A stretch of DNA of 63,635 nt, filler included, from Octopus bimaculoides (taxonomy: Eukaryota), in assembly GCF_001194135.2 (NCBI RefSeq). It is 6 parts of 5 records of this genome, joined end to end, with 100 filler letters (N's around TTAATTAATTAA, not from the genome) between each part and the next. Parts side by side here need not be neighbours in the genome. Positions count along the whole stretch, not along the records: positions 61,603 to 63,635 come from NC_068982.1; 5 more parts are not named here. The stretch is one strand, 5' to 3'. Below, one piece after another: positions 61,930 to 63,635 of the stretch. Each line of letters starts with the position of its first letter. Within the stretch, counting starts at the first letter, position 1. Below the pieces are notes generated by a model that searched no databases, had not been told where the DNA came from, and worked only from the letters and a program-made list of their open reading frames with translations. Both the position numbers and the translations under genes were made by a program.

Positions 61930-63400
61930 AGAGTATGTTCTTATCACTAAAGATGCTGAGTACTGTGGCAGGGGTGGTGGTAGAATGAACGTTACTAGGA
62001 GGATGGGGGACAATATTTACTATCAAATTGAGGGCTGAAGAACTTATCCAAAGTCATCTGTTGTTTATGACACATCATCTCTTTGCACAGCTCAGCATAG
62101 GAACTGAGCTCATTGTAAACTCCTCTAGTAATTTTTATGTTATGTTCATGATTAGGATCATCATCGGCAAAAACCTGCAGACCTTCCTCTATAAGTGCCA
62201 ACCCTCCAGCAATAATTTTTGTAATCAACTGTAGGTGGAACTTACGTTATCTAAATTGTATTCTCAGCTTGTTCTTTTTCTAACAACATCAGCTACTCGT
62301 TAGATAAACTTTCTCTCTGGGACATTTGCGACTCAGTCACACCACCCTCTATGACTTCTCCAAATCCTACATCCTTTGCAAGTGTCAAAATACCTTTCCA
62401 AATTTGATGTAGACTTTCTGCTTTAAGAAAACTTGTAATGTCATGGATACAGTCTGGCCATAAACTTTTCTAAGCATTATTCAAAGCTGACGGTTTCACT
62501 TCATCCTATAATATTCACAACATCCATAATGTTGAATTCCTCCTAGAAATATCTAACTGCAGGTTTATCCGCCCTTTCAGTTTCTTTTATAAGTTGTTTC
62601 AAAGTTATTCTCTGCAAAATAGCTAGTTGTACTCTTTCTTATTCTCATATAATATGCCATGAAATTAGCAATCACACCTTGATCCATTGGCTGGAGCAAA
62701 AAAGTTGTATTCTGCAGGATATGTTCTACTCTCACATTATCAGAAAGGTCATATAAGTTCGCTGGGTGGCTTGGTGCATCGACTAAAAGAAGCAATTGTT
62801 TGTTGGAAACATTATGTAAAATACTGTACCTTTCTACCGCAGGACGAAAAACATTTGTAAACCACTTTTTGAAAAAGTTTTTAGTCATCCATGTCTTCTT
62901 ATTTGAACACCAAATTAGAGGTAGATTAAACTTTTTGTAACCCTTGAAAGTCCTTCAATTTTTGAAGTTATACATGTCTAGTGGCTTTAATTTCATGTCA
63001 CCTGCATCATTCCCTCCACCCACCCAAAGAAGTGTCAGACGATTTGGTAGTACTTTAAATCCTGGTGTTGATTTTTCTTCTCAGGAAATAAAAGTTCTAG
63101 CTGGCATGCACTTCCAGAAAAGTGCAGTTTTGTCACCAGTGTACACTTGTTCTTGTGTTTAGCCTCCTTCAGCAATCATTTTTATCAACTGCTGAGGATA
63201 ATTAGTAGCCGTGTCTGTATCAGCGCTCACAATTTCACCAGTCATTTTAACGTTGTGCAAATTCAAGCGCTTCTTAAACCTTTCAAACCAGTCTTTAATG
63301 GCCAAAAAGGGTTTTCCTTAGAAGCTTCACATCCTTTTTCAATAAATTGTCATATTAATTTTTTGGCTTGTTTTTTTAATTACCATCGTGTTTATTGATA
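61930..63400 (-). mobile_element. Tigger/pogo transposase pseudogene
   Basis: CENP-B HTH (DWFERFKKRLNLHNVKMTGEIVSAD), DDE_1 domain (LLLLVDAPSHP...LLQPMDQGVIANF) and a Tigger1-like C-terminus (EEGLQVFADDDPNHE). Confidence 0.92.
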
Positions 63401-63454
63401 CATTACACTAATTCTGATTTTCGATATATGTGCGCCATGATTGACCGCCAACTC

Positions 63455-63610
63455 CAAAAGTTCTTTTTTATTCTCTCTCTGCTCATTTCCTAGTCTTCCT
63501 TTCTCGAAACGTAAAAGACTTTCTCACCTTCCTGAGCGTCAAACTAATACACCTGCTTGTTGTTTATACACCTGTCTTCGTCTTTTGTTTTTCTGTAAAT
63601 TTCAACTATT
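63455..63610 (+). mobile_element. Penelope-like pseudo-LTR fragment; paralogue of 41397-41560
   Basis: TCGAAACGTAAAAGAC...GAGCGTCAAACTAATACACCTGCTTGTTG...TCTTCGTCTTTTG...AAATTTCAACTA; the stem II region is deleted. Confidence 0.55.
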
Positions 63611-63635
63611 TATATATATATATATATATATATAT

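Overview
This is AT-rich eukaryotic DNA dominated by microsatellites, transposon remnants and assembly gaps. The SINE families and microsatellite load point to an octopus (coleoid cephalopod) genome; that assignment is an inference, not a search result. Most of the window is decayed mobile DNA: several tRNA-derived SINE families; LINE remnants (CRE, RTE, CR1/L2-like, R4/Dong, an ORF1 fragment); Penelope-like GIY-YIG and pseudo-LTR pieces; hAT, mariner, Tc1-like and Tigger transposase fragments; and several MITE/foldback elements. Host-gene signal is sparse. There is one TSP1-domain exon (26177-26501, +) and a chain of very small + strand exons from 34396 that splice into a clean signal peptide (MRLFVALLLTGIAIVLQGCLVN). 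The most unusual items are: (1) a Pol III tRNA-headed element with a Penelope-type hammerhead ribozyme, an inverted copy of its own 3' end and a 13-bp TSD (3583-4023), which looks like a SINE mobilised by Penelope-like elements; (2) a candidate micro-exon gene for a small secreted or possibly GPI-anchored protein; (3) a foldback transposon with a (TTAGGG)n-(CCCTAA)n core. No intact RNA gene, CRISPR array or intact autonomous transposon was found. Almost all ORF-track entries are artefacts of microsatellites or N-gaps.
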